From: Octopus sinensis
Lineage: Eukaryota
Assembly: GCF_006345805.1 (NCBI RefSeq)
Contig: NC_043001.1
Coordinates: forward strand, 76,446,001 to 76,510,000
Reading direction: 5' to 3'
DNA: 64,000 bases
Shown piece after piece: positions 1 through 13,000 of the stretch. The notes beneath the pieces were generated by a model. That model searched no databases, was not told where the DNA came from, and was given only the letters and a program-made list of their open reading frames with translations. The position numbers were made by a program, and so were the translations under genes. How positions within the stretch are numbered: the stretch's first letter is position 1; every line of letters begins with the position of its first letter.

Positions 1-43
1 ATATATATATGCACATGACTATTTAATATACACATGAAAAATA

Positions 44-96
<53 letters not shown>

Positions 97-941
97 CTGT
101 AATATGTACATTCTTATAATACACATACATAACACTTGACCATGTTTACTGTGCGACCCCTCCCTTCATCTTTTAAAAATATAATTATTCAGTTCGTTAA
201 TTCATATAATATCATATATATATATATAAGTATTTCAGTGGAATAACCAGTAACATTATTATTATTTCAGTGAATAATAGTTTGATGTTACTCTGTCTTC
301 ATTATATTTCCGCTCAACACCGCCCTCAATCAAATAATGATTAATTAATTCTATCAGGAACCACCTGAAGATTTTACCCTTCAACCTTCCTAATTTCTTA
401 AAATTAATTTTTATTCGTTTTGTGCCTTATTTCACATTCTCATTCTTCGTCAAATGTCGTTAATGCACTTTGAAGAGGCATGAATGTCACAAGTTCCTAT
501 TTCACAGCATTAAAAAAAGAAGAATCTGGGCGTCTTCTTGGATGAAGAAAGCTTATTGGCAGTAGAAGTGGTAGCGTGTTTGCTGGTTGGCTGATTTGAT
601 GCTTTTACAATATTTCGTTAGCTTCGTACCCTATGGTTTTGAGTTCATATCCCATCAGAGTCAACTCATTGTTTAGATTCTGTTTGTCTCGAGTGATAAA
701 AGTTATATAATAAAATCGATTCGAAAACGTCAGCTATGACTCCTCTCCCACCTAAAAATTGGTCGTGTGTTTCATCGAACGGCATCAATATATTTATTTG
801 GCATTCTTTAACTGCAAAGAACAATCATCCTATGTAAAACCGAAAAAAATAAAATAGTTTACAAGGATAGACAACTAGATTCAATTATTATATCGCTTCC
901 CTTTTAACAAATATGGCCTCTCTCCTTTTACTCAAAGTGGT

Positions 942-988
<47 letters not shown>

Positions 989-2421
989 ATAGGATGGTGA
1001 AGAGATTGACGTAAACAACCTGCACTTCGATTGTCAGTTTGTATTGTTTCCGTCAAAATATTTTGTAAACAATTCCTATAGCTTTGACTTTTAGAGGTTT
1101 TTTGTTGTTGGCTGCAAGAATGTCACCTACTGCGATTCGTCTCTATTCTGATATATATGCACACACATACATACATACACACACTATATATATATATATA
1201 TACACATATATAAAATTCACTCGAGTTCTTCGTAATTTTTACATCCTGTATTAAAATTGAAAGATAATAATTCTCAAGAGTTGCAGCCCATATTAGACAA
1301 GCTATGGCGATTATTTATAGAAATTTGCTGGTGGCACTAAATATTGTAATACATTAAAAAATAATTTTTTAAATGTAGTGATTTATCAGTTCTTTTTCTT
1401 ATAAGAGCTAATCAGAGTACAATATACTCCTGTATAGTAACTTGTTTATAAATCGAAACACTTCATTTTAAAATTATCCAAGTCACTAAGCATATTGCTT
1501 CTTTTTTTTTTTTGTCTAAAAGTGATATTTTATTAGCATTTTCTAACATCATGTTCGCTTAGCACCCACCTTCAAATTCAGTACCAACATTTTTAAATGT
1601 CTGCTGTATCTTCGGATATCCTTTGGCTCATCATAAATTTAAGTTGTCGATAGTTGTTGGGCAGTAGGTGTGCACAATGTTTCTGATCCATAAAGGTTTT
1701 TATATGATTGGTGCACGTGTGTGATTAGATAGTCAATTTCTTATGTAGATGCTTTCAGGAAACGTATACGAGGGCGATAAAAAGACGAGTCTTAAATGAT
1801 GTTCAAAATCCGGTCACGTACTTTTCATCCATCGCCGCCGATAACTTCACCATTTTATAAGGAAAATTATAAGTTCCATCATCATAGCCACCATATTACT
1901 ATCTATAAATACCGTTCCTAAAGGCGAGCCGACCATAGAGCCTTTACATATTTGCTAGAAATAGCAGACAAATCTCACTCATCTATACTGATTGTGCGAA
2001 TAAAAAGGAAGGACATATATTAAACCTCAGATATTCGGTTTGGGGTGGGGAGAGCATCGGTAATATCTTAGATCACAAGACTGAATAGAACTGACCTGGA
2101 GCTTATGGGCAGCTACTTTTAATATGAAATCTAAACCGCTGGTACAAAGGTTTAAATTTGATGGAACTGAAAATGTATAGGATTCTATCGACCGAGCAAT
2201 AATTTTATCGATCTTATAGGCATTGACAAATATAGTCGATTCCAACAGGTTTTGAATTTAGAAACTAGAATGAGTAGAACTTAAGAGAGAAAGAGAGAAC
2301 GAAAAATACCGTTGTAAGGTATACCATTTGGCACTCTTTCAATAGTCATATAATTGTAACCAAAAGCTTTCCTTTTCGACAAAAACATTAAGTGAAATAT
2401 CGGTTAAAGAATTTAGAAAAC

Positions 2422-2429
2422 TATCGATA
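2422..2429. promoter_or_regulatory. DRE-like palindrome TATCGATA in a CpG-retaining region (possible promoter vicinity)
   Basis: Exact 8-mer; nearby TATCGAT at about 2206. A single short motif could occur by chance. Confidence 0.2.
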
Positions 2430-3310
2430 AGTTTTTGTTGTTATATTTAAATATAAAACAGAAAAGAGTTTGTTGACCCTAGTTGTAAAGGATAAAGAAT
2501 CAATAAGTTTGCCACGCCCTCCGAAGGCATTTTGTTACTAATACGAAAATACGGAAATTGCTATTACTTGTATTGGCTTTTGTTCTACTTAGACATTGTT
2601 GTATTAATCGTTAGTGTTATTACTTGGAGAAAATATTTATTTGCAGAATTTTCTTTTTTTTTTTTTTTTTTGGATAGAGGCAAAATTCTTTTTATCTCTC
2701 TCTCAGACCACCATAGCACATACACACGCAGCTACGCAAACATTTATATACACACACACGCAGCTACGCAAACATTTATTATATACACACACACAGGCAC
2801 AATGTTTTATTATCTGCGAGCTTTGTAATTTGATATGTCCGGTTGAAATTACATTCTCAAGGGATAGATAAAGAGAGAGGAAGCATGTAAGAATTTTGAA
2901 CATTAATTTTGAAAACTTATGTATCCGGTAGGCGCAGGCGTAGTTGTGTGGTTGAGAAACGTACTTCCGAATCATGCTGTCTCAGGTTCAGTCACGCTAC
3001 ACATCTTTGGCAATTGTCTTCCACTTAACTTCAGGCCAATTAAGTCTTGTGTGTGAATTTGGTTGATAGAAACTGAATAAAAACTCGTGTCCAACGTCTA
3101 TCTATCTATTTAGCTATGTATCTGTCTAGCTAGTCCCGTCTGTGTCCAGCCCTGTGTGTCTAATAAAGAAACATCTAGCCATCTACCTACCTATCTAGCT
3201 AGCTTTTTATCCAACCTACCTACGTGTCTGTCTATCTGTCTATATAAAATATACATAATAGATATATAAGCATGGTAAATTTAACCATTTCTCCGTAGAC
3301 TGAAAAAAAA

Positions 3311-3460
3311 AAATCAATCTTAATCAATTTCAGAATCTCATCAGGTTCTCATCAAAGTGGTCTACATCACGTAACCAATCTCAGAATTAACTACCCTGTT
3401 GATATACGCAACAAATCTAGTAGCCTCACAGAACTGGAGCTTCTAATTTGCACACCATAT
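3311..3460 (-). mobile_element. Decayed second copy of the hammerhead-bearing repeat at 43735-43887
   Basis: Reverse complement aligns by eye over about 140 nt with 43735-43885, including ttgatga-gaacct-gatg-agattc-tgaaa-ttgatta. Confidence 0.55.
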
Positions 3461-3513
3461 TTAAGACTTTATATGTATGTATAATACACACACACATATA
3501 TGTACACATAAGT

Positions 3514-3898
3514 GCAGGCGTGACTGTGTGGTAAGAAGCTTACTTCCCAATAACATGGCACTTGAGTAAGTGTCTACCACTATAGCCTCAGATCAACCAA
3601 AGCCTTGTGAGTGGATTTAGTAGATGGAAACTGAAAGAAACCTTTTGTATATATGTGTGTGTGTATTTATATATATATATATATACATATATATATTTGT
3701 GTGTCTGTCTCCATGCCATTGCTTGACAACCAATGCTGGTGTGTTATGTCCACATAACTTAGTGGTTCAGGAAGAGAAACCAATAGAATAAGTACTAGGC
3801 TTACAAAAAATAAGTCCTGGGGTCAATTTCTTCAACTAAAACCCTTTAAGGCAGTGCTCCAGCACGGCTGCTGTCAAATGACTGCAACAAGTAAAAGT
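3514..3898 (+). mobile_element. SINE family A copy
   Basis: Same head and tail as 59365-59786. Further copies at about 8980-9330, 33219-33610, 47600-47930 and 53117-53470 (+), and 11040-11480 and 18470-18770 (-). Confidence 0.85.
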
Positions 3899-4889
3899 AT
3901 ATATATATATATATGTATACACACACACACATATAATGTGGACTTCCCTGCCCACCCACCTTTTCTGACTCTCTAGTCCTATTCTCCCTCTTCAGCTGGA
4001 GAAGCTATGTATCTTCTCTTCAGCAAGGCACTTCTTTCTGTCTTTCTATCATACATTCACCTTCTTCAATACTACACCCTTACTTAATTGAAGGAGTCTT
4101 ATCTTGTGAGATACTTGATAGTGTCACTAGTGCTGGTGTCACAAAACAAAGCACCCAGTATATTCTGTAAAGTTGTTGGCATTAGGAAGGGCATCCAACC
4201 AGTGACACCAAATCACAGCAATTATGTTAACTTGTCCAAGGTGCTTTGCCATGGGACCGAACCCCAAACCATATGGTTGGGAAGCAAATTTTTTAACTGC
4301 ACGGTCACCCTGTACCTCACAGCCACATCTGTGCTATGTATGATAGATTTTCTGACATGTTTCATGGTCTTATCAGCTTTCAACTAGAGACTGGGTCTTT
4401 AGGTTTCTGTGCACTACTTTTGGGCAGTAATAACTCCTTCATTTCCTCTCCTTAATTACAGTTAGCCAGTGTATTAAACACAGATGACTTGGTGGAACAG
4501 GTTGTGGGACAACTGGCCGAGAGGTCACTAGTATCTTGCCTCTTCCAGCAACCATTGCATCCATGTCCATCCACTTGCCTTAAATGGTTTAAATCAATTA
4601 CATATACATAATATGATGGTAAAAACTGTATGTGAAGCTTAAAATTGACATACAGTTCAAGTGGTTTTGATGGCTCCAGCAGGTTGATATGTTCAACATA
4701 TATAAAGTCAGACTGTTTGAGTGCTGCTTGAATGACCCAATGGTTGAAAGGGCTTACTAATCACTGTTTAGGTAAAGTTGTGTGTGTGTTGATTTATATA
4801 TGAGCACAAGCATGACTTTGTGCTAAGAAGTTTGCATTCTAACCATATGATCTTGGCTTCAGTTCCACTGCATGGTACCTTGGGTGAGT

Positions 4890-5112
4890 ATGGTACCAGC
4901 GGTGAGCTGACAGAAACGTTAGCATGCCGGACGAAATGCGTAGCCGTATTTCGTCTGCTGTTACGTTCTGAGTTCAAATTCTACCAAGGTTGACTTTGCC
5001 CTTCATCCTTTCGGAGTCGATAAATTAAGTACCAGTTACGCACTGGGATCTATGTAATCGACTTAATCCATTTGTCTGTCCTTGTTTAGCCCCTATAGGG
5101 TAGTAAAGAAAT
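4890..5112 (+). mobile_element. SINE family B inserted into an A-head SINE with a 17-bp TSD
   Basis: ggtgagctgacagaaacgttagc...ttctgagttcaaattc...gggtagtaaagaaat; TSD tggtaccttgggtgagt at 4873-4889 and 5113-5129. Confidence 0.88.
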
Positions 5113-6120
5113 TGGTACCTTGGGTGAGTGTCTTCTACTATAGCCCCAGGACAACCAAAGCCTTCAGAGTGGATTTGGTGGTCACAAACTGAAAGAAACC
5201 TGTCATGTGTGTACATATATATATTTACATATATAATTTGTGTGTGTTTTACTGTTTCCTTGCTTTGACTTCATGTGATTGCTGTCAAGGAATATCACTA
5301 TCTTCCATGAAAACATGTCTGGTCATGAGGAATATTACCTTACATGGAAGCAGCTGAGGGTTAGCAACAGGAATGATATCCAGCTGTAGAAAATCCACCC
5401 CAACAAATTCTGTTAGACCCATACTTGCATGGGTTGCACAATTAAACAACAATGGTTTTAAATATTATTTCCTATTGACTCTGAGCTGTCTCAGATCTAA
5501 CCTGTAATGAACACTCTGTTTTAACAATGAGTAACCATGTATTCAGTTACTACCTGCTGTTAATTTGGCTGAAACATTCCACTGGCACATGCACAATTTA
5601 GATCTTAGATTAAATGGATGTGATACTGTGCAACAAGCCATGCTAGTTGAAGTACAGGTGCAATCTATCTGTTGGGCTTTCACATTGTTTCCATTTACCC
5701 AATTTCACTCATAAAATTCGGGGTGACCTGTAAATTCAAACTTTGTATGAACTTTAAATATTTTGGACACCACTAAGTTATAAAATTATAGACACAGTAC
5801 TTCATCTTTATGATGTATATTCTAAGGTAAATCGGCTTGGTGAATGCTGCTCCTCTTAATTCCAGCAATGAATTGCACCATTTCATGGTACCTATAAATT
5901 TTTACATGAACTGGTTTCTTGGCCACCAATTTTCTAAAGCCCCAGGGAAGTTTAAAAGCCAGTGCTTATCTCTGGCTTCATGGCATTAAGCAAATGATGA
6001 TAATTATTCTAATCTTGATTTGAATGCTAATCTTTAAAGGCAACATTCCGAGAAAATCTCATTGGACCATACTTCTGTGAGTTGACTTTTTGTATGTATT
6101 AATCTATTTCTCTAATTTAA

Positions 6121-6340
6121 CCCTTTAGAAATTAAATGACCGTATCTGACCCAAATATTCCACCTTTTTCTATGTTCAAAGTAGCTAAATTCTGCCTTTC
6201 ACATCTACTCTGCTATGTCATTTTAAAAATAAGCAATCACATCATCAAAACCTCAAAGCTATGAAATAATGGAAGATTAATTCTAGACAGTGTGAATAAT
6301 TAAGCATTACATTTAACTGTGTAACCTGAATGCTAAAAGG
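6121..6340. mobile_element. piggyBac-type MITE family 1 (TTAA TSD)
   Basis: TTAA-CCCTTTAG...CTAAAAGG-TTAA. Related copies at 8607-8819, 15835-16049, 44433-44791 and 46261-46478. Confidence 0.8.
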
Positions 6341-6361
6341 TTAATGCAATTAAGCTGTCAA

Positions 6362-6547
6362 TTTCACAGCCATATCATGTTTAAAACACCTATTCTCATC
6401 CAATCATTGAGATTATGCAACATGAAGCCTAGTTAGTATTTAGATGGATTACTGCTTGTGAAACCTAGGTATTGTAAGCAAAACTTTTAATGGCAGTGCC
6501 CCAGTATGGCTACTGCCTCTGGCTGAAAAAATAAAAGAATGAAGAAT
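6362..6547 (+). mobile_element. 5S rRNA-derived SINE (SINE3-like): decayed 5S head plus SINE 3' tail
   Basis: 6362-6479 aligns by eye to 5S rRNA (gccatatcatgtttaaaacacc...agttagtatttagatggattactgc...ggtattgtaagc) with CpG-to-TpG/CpA decay. It is followed by ggcagtgccccagtatggc...gctgaaaaaataaaagaat. Confidence 0.75.
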
Positions 6548-6686
6548 TTGGGTTACTAATACTGTGTTTTGCTTGTGTGTTTAACTTTATCACTGAAGTC
6601 TACTATTTCAGTGGAATTACCAACAGGCTTATCATATTCAACTGTAGTTGAGAGAAAAATTATCCTCTGTTATTTTGTTAAAAATA

Positions 6687-7106
6687 GGTGCAGGTGTGAC
6701 TGTGTGGTTAAGAAGCTTGCTTCCCAACCACTTGGTTCTGGGTTCAGTCCAACCGTGTGGCACTTTGGGCATCCTCTGCTATGGCCCCAGGCTGACCAGA
6801 GCCATGCAAGTGGATTAGGTAGGTGTAAATTGAAAAACACCTACTGTATATATGCGTGCGTGTGTGTGTTTTGTCTTCTTGTCTCGATATCATGTGATAG
6901 TTGCAAACGAGTGTCACCACCATACAGTAGTATCCTTCATTTCCAATTTTATGTGAAAACATGTCCAGCCATGGGAAAAATTTACCTTATTTGGGAACAG
7001 GTGAGGGTTGGTGACAGGAAGGACATTAAGCCATAGAAAATCTACCTCAACAATTTCCAGCCAACCTATGCAGTGATGTAAAAGTAGTCTTAATGTTGAT
7101 GATGAT
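6687..7106 (+). mobile_element. SINE with family-A head and RTE-type 3' tail
   Basis: A-type head, distinct body (cacgtgatagttg...gaaaacatgtccagccatggg), tail gggttggtgacaggaagg...gatgatgat. Similar copies at about 4810-5450, 11843-12258, 13600-14040 and 31585-31950 (+), and 16400-16750 and 20580-20890 (-). Confidence 0.8.
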
Positions 7107-7669
7107 GGGTTTGTCAAAAAGAAATGGGTGGAATAAAGGTTTTCATTGACTATTCTGAAATATATGTGGCTCTGGTTGATCTGAGCTGTTATCATTATCA
7201 TCATTGTTTAGCATCTGTCTTCCATGCTGGCATGTATTGGACAGTTTGACAGGAGCCTGCACTAAACTTCTGTGTTGGTTTTGGCATGGTTTTTACAGCT
7301 GCATGCCTTTCCTAACACCAAGCACCAGTAGAGTGGACAGAGTGCTTTTTACATGGCATAAGCACAGGTAAGGTCAGTTTTGTTATGGTTTTTACAGCTG
7401 GATGCCCTTCCAAACGCTAACCACTTTACAGTGTGGACTGGATGCTTTTTACATGGTACCAACACTGATAGGTTCACCAAGTAACTTGCAAGACAAAGAT
7501 CTTTTGAGAGGAATGTGACAGGGGCATTGGGAGAGAAAGACAAAGTTCAACTGAGAGGATCTTGTGTCAGATGATGAAAAGTTCAAGTGTGATAGAGTGG
7601 GTCAATGCAAACTTAAAAGAGGTATTCTCATAACTGTAATGATTTGGTTTTATTAAAATTACTACAATT

Positions 7670-8462
7670 TGACCTAAGGAGCATCAGTTGTGGCGTGCAA
7701 GAGAGACGTTTGTGCTGGTATGGTCATGTAGCGAGAATGGATGAAGATAGTTGTGTGAAAAAGTGCCACACCCTAGCGGTTGAGGGAACCTGTGGAAGAG
7801 GTAGACCCAGGAAAACCTGGGACGAGGTGGTGAAGCACGACCTTTGAACTTTAGGTCTCACCAAGGAAATGACTAGAGACCGAGACCTTTGGAAGTATGC
7901 TGTGCGTAGGAAGGCCCAGCAGGACAAGTGAGACCATAACCCGTGGCCTCTACCTGGGACGTAGCCAGTCCACTTACACATACCTTTCCTTCTTGTGACA
8001 CAAACCCTACTTGTGAAGACCTGTTGAGGCAAGTGAAAATTGAAATCGATCAACATCAATGGAAATTGTAGCTGTGATACCAGTGCCGGTGGCACATAAG
8101 AGAACCGTCCGAACGTGGCCGTTGCCAGCGCCGCCCTGACTGGCCTCCGTGCCGGTGGCACATAAAAAGCACCATCCGATTGTGGCCGTTGCCAGTCTTG
8201 TCTGGCCCCCGTGCCGGTGGCACGTAAAAAGCACCATCCAATCCTGGCCGTTTGCCAGCCTCGTCTGGCACCTGTGCAGGTGGCACATAAAAAGCACCCA
8301 CTACACTCACAGAGTGGTTGGCGTTAGGAAGGGCATCCAGCTGTAGAAAGACTGCCAGATCAGACTGGGCCTGGCGCAGCCTACTGGCTCCCCAGACCCC
8401 AGTTGAACCGTCCAACCCATGCTAGCATGGAAAACGGACGTTAAACGATGATGATGATGATG
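7670..8462 (+). mobile_element. RTE LINE 3' fragment (RT C-terminus plus 3' UTR)
   Basis: DLRSISCGVQERRLCWYGHVARMDED...RPRKTWDEVVKHDL; gtgccggtggcacataaaaagcacc subrepeats; (GAT)n tail. Confidence 0.92.
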
Positions 8463-8606
8463 TTCTAACACCTTATATTGATATAAAATATTAACATTCT
8501 GCATTATCAGTTTACTTGTTTCAGTCATTTGACTGAAGCCATGTTGGGGCACTGCTTTGGAGGGTTCAGTCTAACAAGTCAACTTTAATACTTATTTTTT
8601 CTTTAA

Positions 8607-8819
8607 CCCTTTAGCATTTAAACTGGCCATGTCTGACCCAAATATCCTACTTACTTATGTGCAGACTGGCCTGATCTGGTATGTCACACCTATCCTACAA
8701 TGTCATTCTAAGGAAAGTTACATCATCCAAATCTCGAAGCTACAAGATAATGCACGATTAATTCAAAATAACACGAATAAATAAGCATTACATTTGACAG
8801 TAATATGATCACTAAAGGG
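8607..8819. mobile_element. piggyBac-type MITE family 1
   Basis: TTAA(8603-06) CCCTTTAGCATT ... ACTAAAGGG TTAA(8820-23). Confidence 0.85.
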
Positions 8820-9437
8820 TTAAAGTCTGGTACTTGTTCTGTCAGTCTCTTTCATCAAACTGCTAAGTTATTGGCAACATAAACAATCCAGCACAGAATT
8901 TCAAACAGTTGGAGGGAACAAATAAAGACACATATGCATATATGCAGAGATATAAATATGTATTTATAATATAATAAATGACTGTATGAAAAGAAGCTTG
9001 CTTCCCAACCACTTGGTTCCAGGTTCAGTCCCACTGCAAGGCACCTTGGCCAAGTGTCTTCTGCTATAGCCTCAAGCCAACCAAAGATTTGTGGGTGTAT
9101 TTGGTAGACAGAAACTGAAAGAAGCCTGTTGTGTGTGTACATTGCATGCCTTTGTGTCTGTGTTTGTCCCCCATCACTGCTTGACAACCGGTGTTGGTGT
9201 GTTTAGCAAAAGAGACTGATAGAATAAGTATTAGGCTTAAAAATAAGCCCCAGGATTGATTTGTTCAACTAAAACCCCTCAAGGCGGTGCTGCAGCAGGG
9301 CTGCAGTCAAATGACTGAAGCAAGAAAATAAAAAAAAAGAATATGTATATATAAAATATAGGGTAGTGATTTTTTTTTTTTTAGAAAATTCACTACCAGT
9401 GGCCCAGCATGTATAAAAAGTCAATAGACAACATTAT

Positions 9438-10047
9438 CTCAATATGTACATTTAAACAGGCAGTTTTTACATGCTAGAAGAAGTAGTCAAAATGACCAAA
9501 ACCACATTTAAAAGCAATCTTCAAATGGAATGCAAAATACAAACTTTCACCTTGTTTTTTAATCTGGTCAGACCTAGGTTTCAAAATTTTTTTAGCAAAT
9601 GAAATAATTTGCTAGGCGAAATTTCTCATCAGTGACTGCGCCATAACACTAACATATAATTAAGAAACGAATAACGTGTCCCATCGTTATGCATTATCAT
9701 TTTTCAAATTCACCGCGCAAGTGCAGTTTCAGTTGGCTTGCATGGTGAATTTGAAAAATTATAATGTATAACGATGAGACACATGTTATTCGTCTCTTAA
9801 TTATATGTTAGTGTTATAGCGCAGTCACTGATGAGAAATTTTGCCTAGCAAATTATTTGATTTGCTAAAAAATTTTTTAAATTTAGATCTGACCAGATTA
9901 AAATAACAAGGTAAAAGTTTTTATTTTCCATTCTTTTTGATGATTGCTCTTAAATGTGGTTTTGGTCATTTTGACTACTAGCATATAAAAACTGCCCATT
10001 GAAGGCAGTTTTCTTTTTTGTTTAAATGTACACTATTTTATATTGAG
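9438..10047. repeat. About 610-bp foldback (palindromic) element with arms of about 290 bp
   Basis: Left arm ends tttttcaaattcaccgcgcaag, 15-nt loop at 9722-9736, right arm starts cttgcatggtgaatttgaaaaa; complementarity followed by eye out to 9438/10047. Confidence 0.9.
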
Positions 10048-13000
10048 TATATATATATGAACTTCCATACACTTTCTGACCTGGAGTTAAAGTGGACACT
10101 AACTCAAGGTAGGACTAAACCCAAAACCACATAGTTACAGAGAGAGATTCTAAACTACAGAGCCATACCTTGAAGTACAACTATTCTTGAATGAAGCTCT
10201 GTCACTAGTTTAAATATACATCATGCACAAGTAGGTAAAATATTTTAAGTACTCTCCCACAACGTTTCTAGTTTGGTTATAGCAAGTTGAAGAGTCCAAG
10301 TGTTTGGGAAATTTGATGGTTTTCATATAAAGAGCTATTGATATGTCACTGAATTTCCTAAATGCCGTATGTCATTCAATCTACTTAAGATTTAAAACTA
10401 TGCATTATGATCCAGTGCAATGTGTATGTGTGTCATATTAAGATTTACTTTTCCTTGCTTGCATGAATCGGACAAACTAAGTTGAGGCAGATTTTCTATA
10501 GCTGGATGCTCATCCTGCTGCCAACCCATACCTATTTCCAAACAAGGTAACATTTTACCCTAATTTGGACATATTTACATGGGACATTGCTAACAAACAG
10601 GAGTACTTGTATGATAGATGTTAGTATGCAATTAGCATGCAATGTCAAAACAAAGAGGTAGAAATATATACATGAAGTGGTTGGCATTTGGTTGGGCATC
10701 CAGCTGTAAAAACCATGCCAAAACTGACCTAATCTGTGCTGGTGCCACATAAAAAGCACTCGGCTCACTCTGCAAGGTGGTTGGTGTTAGGAAGGGCATC
10801 CAGCTGCAAAAAAAAACATACCAAAATGGACAGAGGTATGATGTAGGCCTGTCCAGCTCCTGTCAACCTGTCCAACCCAGCATGGAAGGTGGACATTAAA
10901 TGATGATGAAGAAAGGCATTTGGCCATAGAAAATTAAACCTCAGCAAATTCCATCTGACCCATGCAAGCTTGGAAAAGTGGATGTTAAAATGATGATATA
11001 TATAATCACACATAAATACAATTGCTGTTTTTCAGTTGACACATCACTCAAGAAGTTGGGTTGAGGCTATAGTAGAAGACACTTGCTCAAGGTGCCCCCA
11101 CCTCCCACCCTATGTGTGTATGTGTATTTTAGACTGTGTTGTCCAATGCAATATGGTTTGTGAATCTTTAGTCTGTTTCAGCCATTGGACTGCAGCTATG
11201 CTAGGACGCTACCATGAAGGGTTTTAGTTGAATGAATTGATCCCTGTACATTTTTAAAACCTGGTGCTTGTGCTATTGGTCCCTTTGGTTGAACTGCTAA
11301 ACAAACCAACACTGGCCATCAAAAAGTGATGGGGAACAAAGACACACACATTGACATACACTTATGTATAAATATGATTTGATTCTTTGAGTTTCCACCT
11401 ACCAAATCCACTGACATAGCTTTGGTCTGCCCAGAGCTATAGTGGGATTGAATTCAGAACCATCTGGTCGGGAAGTGAACTTCTTACTTCACCATCATTC
11501 CTGCAATGTTTTAAACTGCTGCACATGAAATAACTTGTTTGATCTGTTCGTCATGGATGTAAGACCATCAGTTAAATCCCTGCCAATATAGTCCCCTCTG
11601 TCAGTACACATACAATCTCTTTACCTCTTTTAATAAAACATACTAACAAAGTATATTTCATTTTCATTTGCCAAAGCAGACATTGAAGACCGATGAAGTC
11701 ATCAGACTCATTGGATTCTGTTGACCTGTCCAACAGGTACCAGCAGAAAAGATAAGATGTTAAATGATGATGATATTAAAGCTGCACTTGTGCATTTTTC
11801 AATTAGCCTTGTATTACTCAAATTAATTTCTAACTTATAGACACAGGTATGGCTATGTTGTTATGAAGCTTGCTTCTCAATCATGGATTTGGGTTCAGTT
11901 CCATTCTATTGCACAGTACCTTGGGCAAGTGTCTGCTATAGCCTTAGCCAACCAAAGCTGTGTGAATGGATTTGGTAGGTGGAAACTTAAAGAAGTCTGT
12001 TGTGCGTGCATGTGTGTTTATGTGTACCCTTGTTTTGATATTATGTGATGATTGTAAGTGAGCATCGCCATCATACAAGTGATATCATTCATTTCCCGTC
12101 TTCTGTGAAAGCATATCTGGCCATGGGTTAATATTACCTTGCCTGGAAACAGGTGAGGGTTGGTGAAATGATGGACATATGTTAATAGAAAATCTGCTTC
12201 AACAAATTCTGTTTATTCCATGCAAGCATGGAAAAGTGGACATTAAAATGAGGATGAGACTGCTAGTCAAAACGTCTCGGTGAGACATATATACCCACAA
12301 CTTCAGAAGTTTCTTTCCACCATTGTTTTAAGGATCACTCAGCATACTTCAACACATACAGTGGTTTATTATGTGGGATTGTGTGGCAATCTTATGTGTT
12401 GTAACTCCATAGTGCAGTTTGTTCTTGTTGGTGCATAGACCCTGGTTGTAGCTAACCTGTGAAGATGAAAGACATGTTCTCTCTCTTCTTTCTCACTTAA
12501 CCATGAAATAAAAATTGACCCAATTGCACCATGTCCTAGGTATAGTAGGAAAAGCCTAAACCAGTGATTCCCAACATGGAGCATGGGATCCAAATTTTTT
12601 TCTTTTTTTTTTTATAGTGGGACGTGGAATTGTGAAAATCTTTTTTTGTTTTCTTAGTCGATAATGTACTTCTTTTTTATACTCAATACTTAATAAAAAA
12701 AAAGGCTACCAGTAGATTCTTTCATATTAAATAATTGTGATAAAATATTAAAAATAAAGTCGTTTTTTCTCAACTGATGGTGGGCATTTCCCTGGAAAGT
12801 TACAGTGGGGTCTAGGGGAAAATAGGTTCAGAAATGTAATCTCTACATTTAATTCCCATTAAAGCGCTAATGAACACACATGTAGAAAAAGAACATAAAT
12901 ATACAAAATAGAAAACTGATCACATTGCAACATTGTAGTCGAGTGTGTTTATGACTCCTTGTTAATGGTGACCCCTGTAACTGGAATTTGCTTTCATTTT

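Noticed and set aside
993-1010. Possible CAPZA micro-exon GATGGTGAAGAGATTGAC (DGEEID) between AG and GTAAAC
   Set aside because: No polypyrimidine tract (only (TA)n), no upstream ATG exon, and it lacks the expected ..EK ending.
2027-2245. 72-aa minus-strand ORF and possible divergent gene exons at 1.5-2.3 kb
   Set aside because: Non-ATG start, partial overlap with a dispersed repeat (about 1935-2105), and no recognisable homology.
8083-8300. CRISPR-like repeat/spacer appearance (gtgccggtggcacataaaaagcacc every 60-67 bp or so); also at 23560-23770 and 52700-52890
   Set aside because: The spacers are homologous to one another, the array is part of an RTE 3' UTR, the context is eukaryotic and there are no cas genes.
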